Notes under the pieces: generated by a model
Told to the model about the DNA's origin: nothing
What the model saw: only the letters and a program-made list of their open reading frames with translations
The model's database searches: none
Made by a program: the position numbers and the translations under genes
Shown here: one piece after another, positions 48,170 through 61,999 of the stretch
Layout: every line of letters starts with the position of its first letter
How positions within the stretch are numbered: position 1 is the first letter of the stretch
From: Takakia lepidozioides
Lineage: Eukaryota > Plantae > Bryophyta
DNA: 64,000 nucleotides
Direction: 5' to 3'
Assembly (NCBI GenBank): GCA_030704615.1
Contig: CM060733.1
Span: 22,754,001 to 22,818,000, forward strand

Positions 48170-49207
48170 TGTTAGAGGACTGTAGGGACTTAGACACTTA
48201 TACGGGATCTGTAGGGTACCCTTAATTTTTGCACAGACTGAGACAAACAGGAACCTTAGGGGTGACAGCAGCGCACTGTAGAAGGGGGGTTACACAACCC
48301 ACACAGCCCACACAGCCTCACACAGCAACACACAGCCCGACACAGCCCACACACACCCGACACAGCCGACACAGCCCACACACCTCACAGCCGTCACAGC
48401 CCACACAGCCCACACACCGTCACAGCCACATCACACCACACAGCCCGTCACCTCCGTCACAGCCCACACAGCCCGTCATAGTCGTCACAGCCCACACAGC
48501 CCACACAGCCCGTCACAGTCGTCACCAGACCACACAGCCCCACACGCCAGTCACAGCCCGGCATAGCACACAGCCAGTCACAGCCCGACAGCCAAACACA
48601 GCCAGTCACCGCTTGACACAGCTGTCACGATAATAGGGAACGAAGAGTAGGACAGGGAACGACTGTGGGGAACACACCAGAGAAGGGAACATGTTAGTTC
48701 ACATACGACGGTTAGAGGGAACGGTTAGAACCGCGGATAGGAGGATAAAGGGAGAACGGGGATTATGATGAGATCATTATTCGGGGAGACTTGGGAGTCA
48801 GGCGGAAGCGGAGATCGGATGAGCACGATGAAGGAGGATTAGTAGATGCTTGTTAGATGCAAAGCCGTAGGGATATTGTAGAGGAGAATAGAGACACAAT
48901 GGCTTCGGCCTGATACCTGATAAATCATAATCTGATATTATACGATACAATCACACTGTGTAGAGAGATCTGAGTGAAGCTGTGGATTGAATGGAGGAGT
49001 GAAGGAAACTATACGTAATTATCAATGGTAAGGTAGCTAAGATGAATGCGAAAAGGGAAACAAATAGGAAACACCCCCATGATACACTAGCTGTAGGTCA
49101 TGACTGATTGTTCTGCGCGGGCTGAGTACTTAGAGATTTCCAACTCTTCTATCTTGGAGTTTCCGCCTCGGATAGCGAAGGGATGGGTGAGTAAAAGCCG
49201 CGCGACA
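48170..49207 (+). repeat. 3' LTR
   Basis: Follows the PPT, ends GCGCGACA and is followed by TSD AGCTA. Confidence 0.95.
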
Positions 49208-49954
49208 AGCTATAGGTGTTCTCGTAACAAACTTGTCCATGGTTTGCCTCAGATTCCATGTGGCATCATGGCCCAGTCCTCCTCCATTTCGTGAACTGAA
49301 CTTCGCCCTATCCTCCTCACCCATTCATTCCCCCTCCAAAGCCTCCCTCATTCTCATCTCCATATTTGCTGGAATCTAAGGAACCACTCATCCCATGTCG
49401 GACATACAAAAGATCAAACGCATTAGTCTTGTCCTTTTCAAATAATCCCAGCACTACTTGCTTCAACCACCTTCGCGCCTCTGCGCTTGATAGTCCTTTT
49501 TCGTTTACCTGACTATCCCATTAGTGCATGTTACGCTTCCTACCTTACCCCACTTCCCGGGAAGCCCCCTGCACTGCGTTCGAAGCAACTTTCCGGACAT
49601 GATGAAGTACTCTGGGCGGAATAGACCGCGGCTTCGTAACGGAAAACTAAACCCAGACTATTGATAACTTTATATACTAGTAGACCATTTCTTCACCCTC
49701 TATTGGTATAAGTACCCAAAGCAAACTCTCCCGCAGTCCCAGGAAAAAAGAGGCAAACTCCTCCCCCACACAAATCCACTTTCCTCCCCCCCCACGCTCA
49801 GTCCTGGCCACCGAAGTTCAACTCCAGAAGCCCCGAACCGCACTCACAGAGAGGGCAAAAAGTGGGTTGGGATGAGGGGTAGGCCCTTATACTGCCTGGA
49901 GAGGCCTGGCGTGTGACCGCCTCTGCTGCCCATTCACGCCTCACCACGTGTTCA

Positions 49955-50378
49955 AGGGAGCGGTCGCACCTAATAACAAAAAAGAAAAAGTCTGCGACCA
50001 CCACCGGCTGGTGGTCGCACCCATTTAGAAAATAATTAAAAATATGCGACCACCCCTGCTGGGGTCGCACCCATTTAAAAAATAATTAAAAATGTGCGAC
50101 CATCCCCTGCTGGTGGACGCACATATTTTTAAAAAAATGAAAAAGTTGCGACCACCATCTGCTGTGGTCGCACCCAATTTTTTTTTAAAAAATGTGCGAC
50201 CACCCTCTGCTTGTGGTCGCACCTATTAAAAAAAAATGAAAATGTTGCGACCAACCCATCTGCTGGTGGTCGCCCCATTTAAAAAAAAAAAAAATGTGCG
50301 ACCACCCTCTTCTGATGGTCGCACCTATTTTAAAAAAATAAAAATTTGTCCGACCACCTTTGCTTACGGTCGCATGAT
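49955..50378. repeat. About 8 hairpin units TGCGACCA-loop-TGGTCGCAC separated by A-tracts (about 55-bp period)
   Basis: Directly visible; resembles DNA-transposon subterminal repeats and lies upstream of the kinase pseudogene. Confidence 0.85.
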
Positions 50379-50676
50379 TGACAATATAAATCATAATATA
50401 TGAATTTACAGATAATTAATGAAGTCCACGTAAATGAGACCACATCGGTTGCCACGTCGGTTCTCATAGTAACAGTCAATAGTAAAGTAAAAAAATAAAC
50501 ATATTTATGTACAGTACGTCGGTTTAGGACGTGACGTGACGCACGTCCGTGCTGACGTCGGACGTGACGTTGACGCGTCAACGCCACGTCACGTCCAAAT
50601 TTGCAACTAGGATTCTATTTGCATCGACTATCTTCTTAGCCAAAATAGTGAATAGTATTTTTTGTTGGTGGCCTCT

Positions 50677-53600
50677 TGTTAGAGGGCTGCTGGGACTTAG
50701 ACGCTTTTACGGTTCTTTGGGGTACCCTTAATTTTTGCGCAGACTGAGACCAACAGGAGCCTTAGGGGTGGCAGCAGCAGGCTTTAGGGGGTTACACAGC
50801 CCGAACAGCTCACACAGCCAGTCACAGCCCGACACAGCCCACACAACTTTACACAGCAGTCACAACTCGGCACAGCTTGACATAGTCTATCACAGTACAT
50901 GGGGAGTTATTATAATCATTGACAGGGAACGACTGTGAGGGAACGACATCTCTGCAGAGGGAACGTGTTACTTCAGGGGTGACGGTTGGTTAGTTAGGTG
51001 GTTAGAACCGCTTGCGGGTAGATTAGGAGAGCGGCAACGGGGAAGGGATCACTTCACGAGGAGTGCTTCTTGGTCATGCATGAGAGGAGATCACTTAGAC
51101 AAGCTTCTTGCTTAATTGGTCTGTCATGATATTCACTCTAAGAGCCTCCATCTATCAGTACATCAGTTAGTTCTGTGCTTCCAATTCTCAATTGGATTAC
51201 TGGCACAGAATCATCAAAGTCCATGACTGTTCTCCGCCCTTCCGGCTTCACATTATAACTGGTCACCTGGCTGTTCAGGTCTGTGTTCCCTGTCACATGG
51301 GGAATTTGATTGATTGCTTGATACAGCCGTGTCTACAATAAGGTGCCACAGCCAATAGCTGTCCAATGGTAATCTCCGCTTTGGACTGGCATATTACTTC
51401 AGCCAAAGTTCCCTTCATTACTCTGCATTTCTGCAGCTTCTTTCTTCCCTTCATCCTCACTCACTTCCTCTTCTCTTTCAGAATCAGAGGGAATCTGCCA
51501 TATGAATCTCATACTCTTCTGCATTTCCCTATGGTATCTGCCACTTCCTCTTTGCAGTTCCTCTCTCATCTCTCCAAGCCTCATCATCTTCAGGCACATC
51601 ACTGCCATCTCCATTATCATCACCTTCCCTCTACTGGAGGTATTATTTGGCTTTGCTTCTCGTTCCTATCTGTACTCTTACTTCTGGTACAACACATGGC
51701 CTACCATGTGAGCGCCACCACTGGGCCCATCATTCCAGGAGCTCTCATCTCATTCTGGTGTCTGTTCCAGAATGGACAGGCTGCCTTGCGATGTCCGCCT
51801 GATTACAATAGTAACACAGTTCTTCCCCATTAGGCTCCTTCGCCCTTGGTCTGTTCTGGGATTGTTTCTGTAATCCTGATTCCCTGGCTGGTAATTCCCC
51901 CTTGGATTACCNNNNNNNNNNNNNNNNNNNNNNNNNNNNNNNNNNNNNNNNNNNNNNNNNNNNNNNNNNNNNNNNNNNNNNNNNNNNNNNNNNNNNNNNN
52001 NNNNNNNNNNNNNNNNNNNNNNNNNNNNNNNNNNNNNNNNNNNNNNNNNNNNNNNNNNNNNNNNNNNNNNNNNNNNNNNNNNNNNNNNNNNNNNNNNNNN
52101 NNNNNNNNNNNNNNNNNNNNNNNNNNNNNNNNNNNNNNNNNNNNNNNNNNNNNNNNNNNNNNNNNNNNNNNNNNNNNNNNNNNNNNNNNNNNNNNNNNNN
52201 NNNNNNNNNNNNNNNNNNNNNNNNNNNNNNNNNNNNNNNNNNNNNNNNNNNNNNNNNNNNNNNNNNNNNNNNNNNNNNNNNNNNNNNNNNNNNNNNNNNN
52301 NNNNNNNNNNNNNNNNNNNNNNNNNNNNNNNNNNNNNNNNNNNNNNNNNNNNNNNNNNNNNNNNNNNNNNNNNNNNNNNNNNNNNNNNNNNNNNNNNNNN
52401 NNNNNNNNNNNTGAGAGATGAGAGACTTGGAAAGATGAGAAGGAACTGCACAAGGAAGTGGCAGATACCATAAGGGAAATGCCGAAGAGTACTGATATTC
52501 CTGTGGCAGATGCCTCTGATTCTGATGAAGAAGAAGAAGTGAGTGAGGATGAAAGGAAGAAAGAAGATGCAGGCATGACAAAGTGAATGAAGAGACTTTG
52601 GCTGAAGTAATATGTCAGACCAAAGCAGAGATTACCATTGGACAGCTATTGGCTGTGGCACCTTATTGTAGGCACAGGCTGTAAAGCAATCAATCGAATT
52701 GCCCAGGAGGCAGGAAACACAGACCTGAACAGCAAGGTGACCAGTTATAATGTGAAGCCGGAAGGGCGAGAAACAGTCATGGACTTTGATGATTCTATGC
52801 CAGTAATTCCAATTGAGAATTGGAAGCACAGAACGAACTAATGTACTGATAGATGGAGGTTCTGGAGTGTAATATTATGACAGACCAATTAAGAAAGAAG
52901 CTTGGTCTAAGTAACATGAAAACCAGCCCCATTTACAGTAACAATGGCAGATCAAAGAAGTGTACAGCCATTGGGATTAATAGGAGAGGAGTTAAGATAC
53001 AGATACAGAAGATGATCTTTATGATCACAGTAACTGTGTTGAAGATGGATGAAGTCATGGAGGCTTACTCCTTATTATTGGGACGTCCGTGGCTGAAACA
53101 GGCCAGGGTATTCCATGACTGGAATCTCAGTTACTAACCGTGCATAATGGGATACACGAGATACAAATTACCACAAAAATCTAGTAGTAGTAGATACCTA
53201 CTATGAGAAGACCTCAAGGAGTCAGAGAGTATGAGGAAAGGAGGACGGATGAGGAACAGGAAGCTACCTTATTGCTGCACACCCAGAGTGGGAGCAGGTG
53301 CAGAGATGCGGCTGGAAAGCCTAGTTGTTTAAGAGGTATCTGCTGTGGTGTAGTGACAGCAACACCAACTGAAGAGGGGAAACAAGCAGTTACCCATCAC
53401 ATTCTATGAAGAAAGAGAAGGAGAAATGGAAATCCTAGAGGAACCAGCCACTTGTGAGCTTACAGGATGAAGTGGTGACTAGTTGAACAATCAAGCTGAT
53501 GAGCAGGTGAGGAAGTGAATGTGGGAACTAAAGAGGAACCGAGGATGGTGAAAGTAGGAGCTGATTTGAGCGGAATTCTTGAAGAAGCTAAAAGCTTGTT

Positions 53601-55551
53601 CAACAAATACAGAGATGTATTTCTTGGAGCTTGAGGATCTAAAAGGGATTACCCTGAAGTTGTCAGCATAAGATGAACTGGAACCAGGGCAGTACCAATC
53701 AAGCAGGCGAGGTACAGAATGAATCCCAACTACGCACAGAGGTTGGAGAAGAGATCAAGAAGTTGGCTGAGGCTAAGTTTATATACCCCATAGAGTAACA
53801 AACTTGGTTGTCACCCATTTGTTATAGTTCCCAAGAAGAATGATAAACTAAGAGTATTTGTGAACTACAAGAGTTGAATGCTTGTACGAAGAAAGATCCT
53901 TTCCCTTTGCCATTCACAGAAGCAGTATTGGCATGTGGCAGGCCATGAGATGTACTCATTCATGGATGGTTTCAGTGGTTACAATCAAGTGCAAGTACAG
54001 AAGAAGATCAGGAAAGACGTTTCATCACAGACTGGGGTACTTATGCATACAAAGTCATGCCCTTGGACTTTGTAATGCACCAGCAACCTTTCAGAGAGTA
54101 ATAAGTGAATCTTTTCATGAGTATCTGGATGATTTCATGCAGGTGTTCTTGGATGATTCAGTGTGTACAGCTCTAAGAATGAGCACTTGCTAAATTGGAG
54201 TTATGTCTGGCCAGATGCCAGGATGAGAGGTCTGGGCTTGAATCCAGAGAAGTGTACTTTCTGTGTGAACTCAGGGGTGCTTTGGGACAAATTGTGTGTA
54301 AAGAAGGGACTTCTGTGGATCCAGGAAGACAGAGTCCATTAAAGCCTCTCCACACCACCAGTGAATGTTAGAGTTTAAGGAGATTCCGTGGGCAAACCAG
54401 TTATTACAGAAGATTTATCAAAAGGTATGCACAAATAGCAGCACCATTGAGCAAGCTTCTGAAGAAGAAGAAAGATGCAGGTTGCCTGGACAGCTGAATG
54501 TCAACAGGCGTTTTGAGGAACTTACACTGTCAGTAACAACTACACCGTGCTGATTAACCCTCACTGGCATGTAGTATTTCATGTTCACTGCGATGCTCAG
54601 GGAGAAGCGTTGGGAGCGGTGTAGCCCAGAATGTTACAGGAAATATAGATTCACCTGTGTACTATGCTAGCAGGTTGATGAACAGTGCTGAAAGGAACTA
54701 TAGCACAACTGAAAGAGAAGCACTGGCAATGATTTATGCAGTCAAGAAATTCAGGCATTACCTATTGGTAAGAAAGTTTATGTTTTATGTGGATCACCAG
54801 GCTCTGATATATCTGGTGAACAAACCTTTGATAGGTGGAGGGATAGCGACGTGGTTAATAATCTTGCATGAGTTTGAGTTCGAGGTTATTTACAAGCCTG
54901 GCGTTTGCACATCTTGTAGCAGTCATTTGTCACGACTAACAACAGGAGCGGCCCCACAGGAGTGGATGATCAGTTTACCTGATGCGAGTTTATTTATAAT
55001 GGAGGTGCAAGGAAGTGCCAGATGAATGGTTAGATTGGCAGTGGCCAATCAGATACTACCTTACTCATGGTCAATGCCCACCTAGTTATGGTAAGGAGCA
55101 GAGGAAAAAAGAATCGTTATCAAAGCTTTACCTTATACTATGGTAGGAAGCAGATGTATAAGCTAAGACCTGATGGAGTACTAAAACGATGCTTGTACCA
55201 CAATGAAGTAAATAAAGTTTTGGAGGAATTCATAAAGGAGTGGCTGGAGTCATTTTGGAGAAGAGACTACCGTAGGAAGATACTACTCGCAGGTTACTGG
55301 TGGCCTACTTGTTCAAGATGTACACGAGTATTGTCGAGTTGTGATGAATGTCAGAGGCTAGGACCTTTGCAGAGATCGGAAGGTGGCTTTGCATCCCTAC
55401 AATGCCTACGGAACCATTTCAGAAATGGGGACTAGACTTTGTTGGAAGATTAACCCACCAGCCAAGAATACGGAACAGGTACATAATTACAGCCACTGAT
55501 TATACTACGAAGTGGGTGGAAGCTAAAGCTTTGAGGGACAACACAGCCAAG
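50677..55551 (+). mobile_element. Third, indel-riddled partial copy of the second Gypsy family (LTR start, inverted gag/PR piece 51095-51911, gap, pol 52412-55551)
   Basis: Homologous to the 35795 LTR and to 39230-42717; truncated in integrase by the M4 terminus. Confidence 0.88.
51912..52411. other. Assembly gap (500 N)
   Basis: Run of N. Confidence 1.
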
Positions 55552-55772
55552 GGGGGCTGCTATTTCATGAGCGGCATGAGCATGAGCGGAAAAAAAAAAA
55601 GCATGAGCAGACCATTGTCAGTCCACGGAAATAGGGTTAGGAGGCACGGAAATAGGGTCATGTGAAGTTGGAATGTGGCACCAGTGGACTTAAAATGCAA
55701 CATTTTATTGCAAATTTTGTGGCAAGCCACGTCTATACAAGTGTGTTCTAACTGTCATAGCCGGAATGGGCA

Positions 55773-58700
55773 CTACTCTCCTACACCCTCCGAGGAACTT
55801 GCCCCACCTTCTTCCTCATCCCCCTCATCCCCCTCATCCTCCGAGCTCTGTGATGCATCAGTTCCACTATGCCTCTCAAAAATCCCGTCCTCTCCTTGGG
55901 GGACTGTCCACCTCACCTCCTGGGAATCTTCTGCGTCTTCTCCCCCACTTTCCTCATCAGAATCCAACACAAATCTACGAGCCCGACGGGCTCTAGCTGC
56001 TGCCTCCTCCCTCATCTCATTTTCTTGAGGCTGCCTCGTCTAAAATCTGCTGTACACGAATACGTTCGGAACACCTCCTAATGGACACCGAAGCAAGCCG
56101 GGCAGCATAAGTAGGCAGGATGTACTCCCTTTCTGGACTAGGCATGAAATCTCCCTGGCAAAAAAAAGGCACGTTCCTCCTGCCATGAACTCCGGTGTAG
56201 ACGTCCCTCCGGCAGTACTTGGCATCCTACAGTAAGAACAAATCCACTTGAAGAATGTCAATACCAGCACAACCAGAAAGGGTTTTCAATGAAATAAGAG
56301 AGCGGAGGGAGGTGCCTCACAAAATCTGGAGGCAACTTACAATGCCACCACTCACCGTAAACCGGGGGGCTCCTCGGCCTCGATCCAACTTCCTCCCCCC
56401 TGCTCCTTCTCGGATTTCCTCATCCTCCGAGGATGCCTCTTCCTCTTTCGGCAGACGTTCAGCCGCTGCAAGTTCCGAGTTGTGGAGGGCAGTATCTGGC
56501 TCGAAGGCGAACACATGCCTGTCGGACAACGTCCCTGCCCACATGAAGCACCTGAGGAACAAAGCGGGCGGTTAATAGCTTGCGGCATGCAATTGCAATG
56601 GGGCCAGGGGACAAACTGAGCACGTGAAGGCTTACCCGTGCCGCATGTGAGGTCCAGAATCCGCCCTTGGACATCCGAGCACGTCTCCATGAGGGTTTGG
56701 ATGGATGAAAGCAGGGCTTCGGGTCCGGCTGTTGTACCGCCACGGTTTGCCTGTCTTTGTGTCCTTCGGCATACTAGAGTGGGGCACATAGTTGTAGAGG
56801 ACATCGTAGGTACAGGGTCCACAGCGGCATCAACAAGACGACCGTCGTTGCGGAATTTGAACGTAGACCCTCTCTCACAAAGCAATATGCCTCAAACACC
56901 AATGTCTGCACATCCAACAAAGAAGGGATCAATTCCAGGGTCTACTTAACATACACCACAATATGAAGTGAATGCAATAGATTGATAACTTACACTTTGG
57001 CCCTCTGTTCGCAACCCCTGCGTACTGATGCAGAACCATTTTCTGAGGAGGACCGGGGTGACACTTCGGGTCCACCTTGCCACCGCATTCTCTGTGGTCT
57101 TCCCTCTCGTGGCAAGGACAACCACACATCCACCGTCATCCAGAAGCATCCCCGCCAGCCCAAACCCGGCTTTCCAGTAGTCCTCAGTAAACCTGTTCCA
57201 GGTGGGCACACCATCCAGGCCCTCCAGCAGCTCCCCATCTGGATGTCGAGGAGAATCATGTCGCAAGCTCTCTCCACCTCAACCCCCCCCCGAGTGCTCT
57301 TGCAATTCGTGCTCACAGCCGTGAAGAATTCCATCATGGCTTCAAAACCAGGGGTGTCTTTAGGCTCTGTACCGGCAGCCCTCTTCTTGGCTTTCCCTTC
57401 TGCTCCGCAGAGACTTGTTGTGTGCCACCTTCTTCGCCTGGCAGCGAGAGCGTCAATGAAGCTCTCATTGACGCATTGGATGATGGTTGGAGGTTCTAGC
57501 TTTGGCCTGTGCGTAAACGTCACCGCCGAATACCGCTGTGTAGGCTCGCCCTCAAATGCCAACTTCTTGGCAGAGCCAGTCCCACTCCGAACTGACTTGG
57601 GAACCCGGACGACCGGTGACTGGGTAGGAGCAACAGCAGTCGCAGGACCTTGAACAAAATCGGCGTCGGAGTCACTCTCTTGGGTCCCCTCCTGCGCCTC
57701 CTCCGATGCCCGATGGTTTCTTCTTTTTGTGGGTGTTACTGCAGTCACCTGTTTCCTTGTCCTTTTCCTTTGACCTTTACTCTTCTCATGCAATTTCTCC
57801 TGAATTCCTGCCTGAGCAAGCTCTGCCGCTTTCCTGGAGTTCGCAAGCGCTTTTGCCTCTTTTGCACCCAACGGAGGCAGCGGAGCCCGGTTCGTCGGAA
57901 TTCAACATCCAGCTTCAATTGAAACTCGGATGGGTCGAGCGAGCCGGGCGGAAGGTCCATCCACATACCAAGGGCAATCACGCAAATGTTCCAGATGCCA
58001 CTCCTTCACAATATCGTCAGTGTACATGAGTCAGCCCCAGGGTTCCTCCATGCCAGGAGAATGGTGGCTCGAAAGACAGATGACCTTTCTCCAAAAGCGA
58101 GAACTTACAGTACCTGCATTCATGAAAAACCCAATGAGGTCCGAAAATGGCTAACTCCCTGAACGGCAATAGGGCCTACAACTGGAATATGGCGCCGAAT
58201 TTCCACTTCAGGGCCACCCAGTGTAGGGACTTAGCCCGAAAATGGCTAAGTCCCTGGACGGCAATACGGCCTGGAACTGGAAAACGCGCCGAATTTCCAC
58301 TTCTTCGGGCCAGCCACCCTAGGGACTTAGACGAAAAAAATGGCTAAGTCCCTGGACGGCAATAGGGCCTGGAACTGGAATATGGCGCCGAATTTCCACT
58401 TCAGGGCCAGCCAGTCTAGGGACTTAGCCCGAAAATGGCTAAGTCCCTGGACGGCAATAGGGCCTAGAACTGGAATACGGCGCCGAATTTCCAGTTCCGG
58501 GCCAGCCACCCTAGGGACTAGACCGAAAATGGCTAAGTCCCTGGACGGAATAGGGCCTGGAACTGGAAAATAGGCGCCGAAATTCCACTTCAGGGCCAGC
58601 CAGTCTAGGGACTTAGCCCGAAAATGGCTAAGTCCCTGGACGGCAATAGGGCCTAGAACTGGAATACGGCGCCGAATTTCCAGTTCCGGGCCAGCCACCC

Positions 58701-61430
58701 TAGGGACTTAGACCGAAAATGGCTAAGTCCCTGGACGGCAATAGGGCCTGAACTGGAATATGGCGCCGAATTTCCACTTCAGGGCCAGCCAGTCTAGGGA
58801 CTTAGCCCGAAAATGGCTAAGTCCCTGGACGGCAATAGGGCCTAGAACTGGAAAACGGCGCCGAATTTCCAGTTCCGGGCCAGCCACACTAGGGACTTAG
58901 CCCGAAATGGCTAAGTCCCTGAACGGCAATAGGGCCTGGAACTGGAAAATGGCGCCGAATTTCCAGTCCGGGCCAGCCAGTCTAGGGACTTTGCCATTTT
59001 CGGAGCCCTGACTGGAAATTCGGCGCCATTTTCCCTAACACCACTTAGGCCTCTAACATCCTGAAATGCCAGGACTTGAAAGAAAGGCAGCGCGTATGTA
59101 CCTGTACAGAAGGCGCATTGCTGCTTTGTCCGCGTTCGGCTGGTCGGTGAACTCGTGGCTCCGGCGAGCATCTGCTATCTCCCGAAAGAATAGGTGGTTT
59201 TGTAGAGCAGAAAGTACCTCGTCACATAGTCACGCAGGCTCTCTGCTGCAGGAGATATCTCCATCTTGAACTGATGTGCTTGTGTGTCCAGCTGCTCTTG
59301 CGCATTCGTCGTCACCTGTGGAGATTGTCCATCAGATCGCTTTCCTCAAAAAATACAATGAATCAACCCCCTACTAGAGTACAAGCCCCAAACGAAGCGT
59401 GGGGAAGTACCTGAAACCACCATGTCATGCGGTTCTTCATCACATGTCGAATGTGGGGTCAGAGAGTTTGTCGGTTTGGGGAAGCTCCACATGTCCCTGG
59501 TACTTTGGGAACCATTCCAGATTTGGAGCCACCGGGTCTGTCCAACCACCCAGCATATTCGTAAGCGCCAAACACCACAAAAAGGAGTTGTTGCCACCAC
59601 AATTTGGTTAAGAATGTATCACCTTTTCTGTTGCATCCACACAGGATGTGGCTAGACGATGGAGCTTCTCCAATGTCATCGTGGGCTTCAGAGCGCGAGA
59701 GTAGTGCTTTCCCACCTCCACCAGAAAGTCGGGCACCAAGGGCGGGATCAGCTATGGCCACGTACTTTACCATCCGCGACTTGTACTTTATGCGGGCCCT
59801 CACCTCCGCAGCTTTGACATACGATTCGAGTTCCGGGAGGGTTGGATTCTTCTCCTCTGACTCCATGTAGAACCTCCGCGCATGTGCCAAATCCTGCTGT
59901 ATTTTCGTCTGTCGAAAAGCAGCACATAAGATTAGAGATCCTGCTCAACACAATTTCTCTATTGGGGGAGGAGAGACAAATTAGCAACAAAACTGCAGGA
60001 GCTTTACCCGAAATATGTAGTCCACCATGGCGTCGACGCTCAGCCTATACCAGGTTCTGTCTGCCTTTGCCTCCGACTTGCGCAGGAGGTCGGCACTGAG
60101 GGAATTGGCAAACTCTTCCACCCCCTGCCTCCCGACATCCTTCACTCGGAAGAGCATATGGGACAAGTTGGTGGCAATGAAGGCATTCTCAGTCACCCTG
60201 CAGTGCCACATTTCCATCAAACAATACTGAAATGGGAATTTTCATATATATGAGGATTCGCAATGAAATGACTTCCAAATTCAAAGTCCAAAGCGAGAGG
60301 GGTTGTAGCTTACGAGTTGATGTCGGCCATTGCAGCTTTGAGAAGACTGCGATCTTTGGGCCCCGCAACCTTCAGCACACAACACAATCGACGGCGAAAT
60401 GCCAATCGAGATCGTTGGGGTGGGCTTGGGCCAATGTGCTCCATCCATGCCAGGAGGCGATGATTGCCGTCCCACACGTAGAACATCTTACCGGACATGT
60501 GCTGGAAAAGAGGATCACTAGCAATCGATCTCTCGAACTCCTCATTCGCGTTTGCCAATGGGACCCCATTTGTCCACCTCATCGGAAGTGTGGGCACGGG
60601 AAGCTCCGTGGTCGTTCTCAATGGAAACGTAAAGGCGGCAGACCCCATTCGATATCCATCCCGGAAAGAGAATTTCAGCTTGTCGATATCGCCTGGGAGG
60701 GCAGGTCTCACCACCTGCAATGACACCAAGCGGCAAAGGGGAATTCGAAGCTTGGCCGGTAGGGTACACCATGCCCCCCAGCACCCTTCCAATGTTGCTG
60801 TGGGTTGCCTCCAACATCTTGGCAGCGGCCAACTTCATATCCGCCTCAGACATGACGTCTGCTGCAGAGGGGTTTTCCGGCAGCCCACCAAGACCGCCAA
60901 ATCCAGCCTGTATGCTCCGGGTTTGGGGCCTGGGGATGTCCGGGAGAATGTCATCCTGGTCAGAAAACATCCATGTCGTCCTCCTCAACAGGGTCAGCCA
61001 CCTGCGAAACCACCTCCAGCACTCTCGTCGTCTCTACTGCCCTCTCCTGGCTTCACCTCGAACTTGCACAATCGGTGCTCTTTCAGGTGTTCTTTCCTCT
61101 CCTCCACTCTCCACCGTATGGGTAATTGCGGGGGCTGCACTTGCCCGCGATGGTCTAACCGGTGTGCTACTGCCTCTCTGTGGTGTCTTGTAGGGATCCA
61201 CGTCTCTGTGTGTCCCTCGCTTACATTGGCATCTGTCATTTGGGCACCCCTGGCCTCTTCAGCTGCCTTTTGTCTTTCTCCTTGCTAGCATTCTGTCTCG
61301 TCTGTTCTTTTGCCCTCTCTTTTGCCCTCTCACGGGCTTTCTGTTTCTTACTAGGGCTAGCAACAGGGGAGCCCTCCAGGACGACCACCTTTGATTGAGG
61401 CGAACTGACACCCTCGCGCGCACTGCTCAC
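55773..61430 (-). CDS. Multi-exon gene (possibly two genes): ParB/Srx-like domain plus beta-class amino-(N6A/N4C) DNA-methyltransferase-like domain; frameshifted in this assembly
   Basis: IPLCRL...VRP...FYVWDGNHRLLAW (DGNHR at 60457-60471). Intron 60313-60198. After 1-nt indel repair: CDMILLDIPDG...PTWN...LLDDGGCVVVL (about 57120-57265). After splicing 56635-56552 and another 1-nt repair: ILDLTCGTGASMWAGTLSDRHVFAFEPD. Acidic tail. Confidence 0.62.
58140..59035. repeat. Nine 94-95-bp units, each a long imperfect palindrome centred on GGCGCC
   Basis: Unit GGCTAAGTCCCTGGAC...GGAACTGGAA-TATGGCGCCGAAT-TTCCAGTTCC...GTCTAGGGACTTAGCC; centres at 58191, 58285, 58384, 58479, 58573, 58668, 58762, 58857 and 58951. 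Confidence 0.95.
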
Positions 61431-61999
61431 TCCCCCCTCGCAGCCCGTGACTGCTCTCTCGCCGGGGATTGCATGTGCTTAGCTTTCTTCTTTTTCTTTG
61501 CGTGGGCGGGCCCTACTGCATGTGCATGAACAACCTCCATGCCGGATCTGCTGTCCTCATGTCCTCACGCCCTTCACCTGCCATGCCGCCTGCACCAACC
61601 TCCCTAATGCCTACTCTATCGTAATCTCGTTGCAAGTCCTCCCGTCCACCAACAAAAGATTTAAGTTTGCCCTCTCGCCCCAAGTTGGGCGATTCAAACA
61701 TGCGATGAGTTGAGCTGTCGATGATACCACCAGCGTGCCGGGCTCGTCGTCACTCTGTGATTGACAAAAATCGTGAACACCAACAGTGGTGCAAAAAGCA
61801 GCAGCGCAACCACCATAGCAGCAATCATGTAGCAAAAATGAAAACATAACAAGTTTAGGAAGTATGGAGAGCCATGCAAACAACAATGAAAACAAATGCA
61901 ACCATTGCCTAAGAATGACATGCACAAGCAGCCTTCTCCAGAGCTGCCGGATTTGCACACGCATTGCAAACAATCTAAGGTTCAGTCAATATCTAAAGT

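Larger units (their letters stand above)
35795..49207 (+). mobile_element. Full-length non-chromoviral Ty3/Gypsy LTR retrotransposon (13.4 kb)
   Basis: LTRs 35795-36822 and 48170-49207 (TG...CA); TSD AGCTA at 35790-35794 and 49208-49212; PBS 36825-36842; PPT GAGGGGGAAAGGG before 48170. Confidence 0.95.

Noticed and set aside
50646-50650. TAGTG as the partner end of the CACTA terminus at 27010
   Set aside because: The adjacent sequence is not an inverted copy of CACTACAGCAAA, and the 3-bp flanks differ (CAT vs AAT).
51095-52900. Biological inverted duplication of gag/protease
   Set aside because: It flanks a 500-N gap and is full of indels; most likely a contig-end or chimeric-read artefact.
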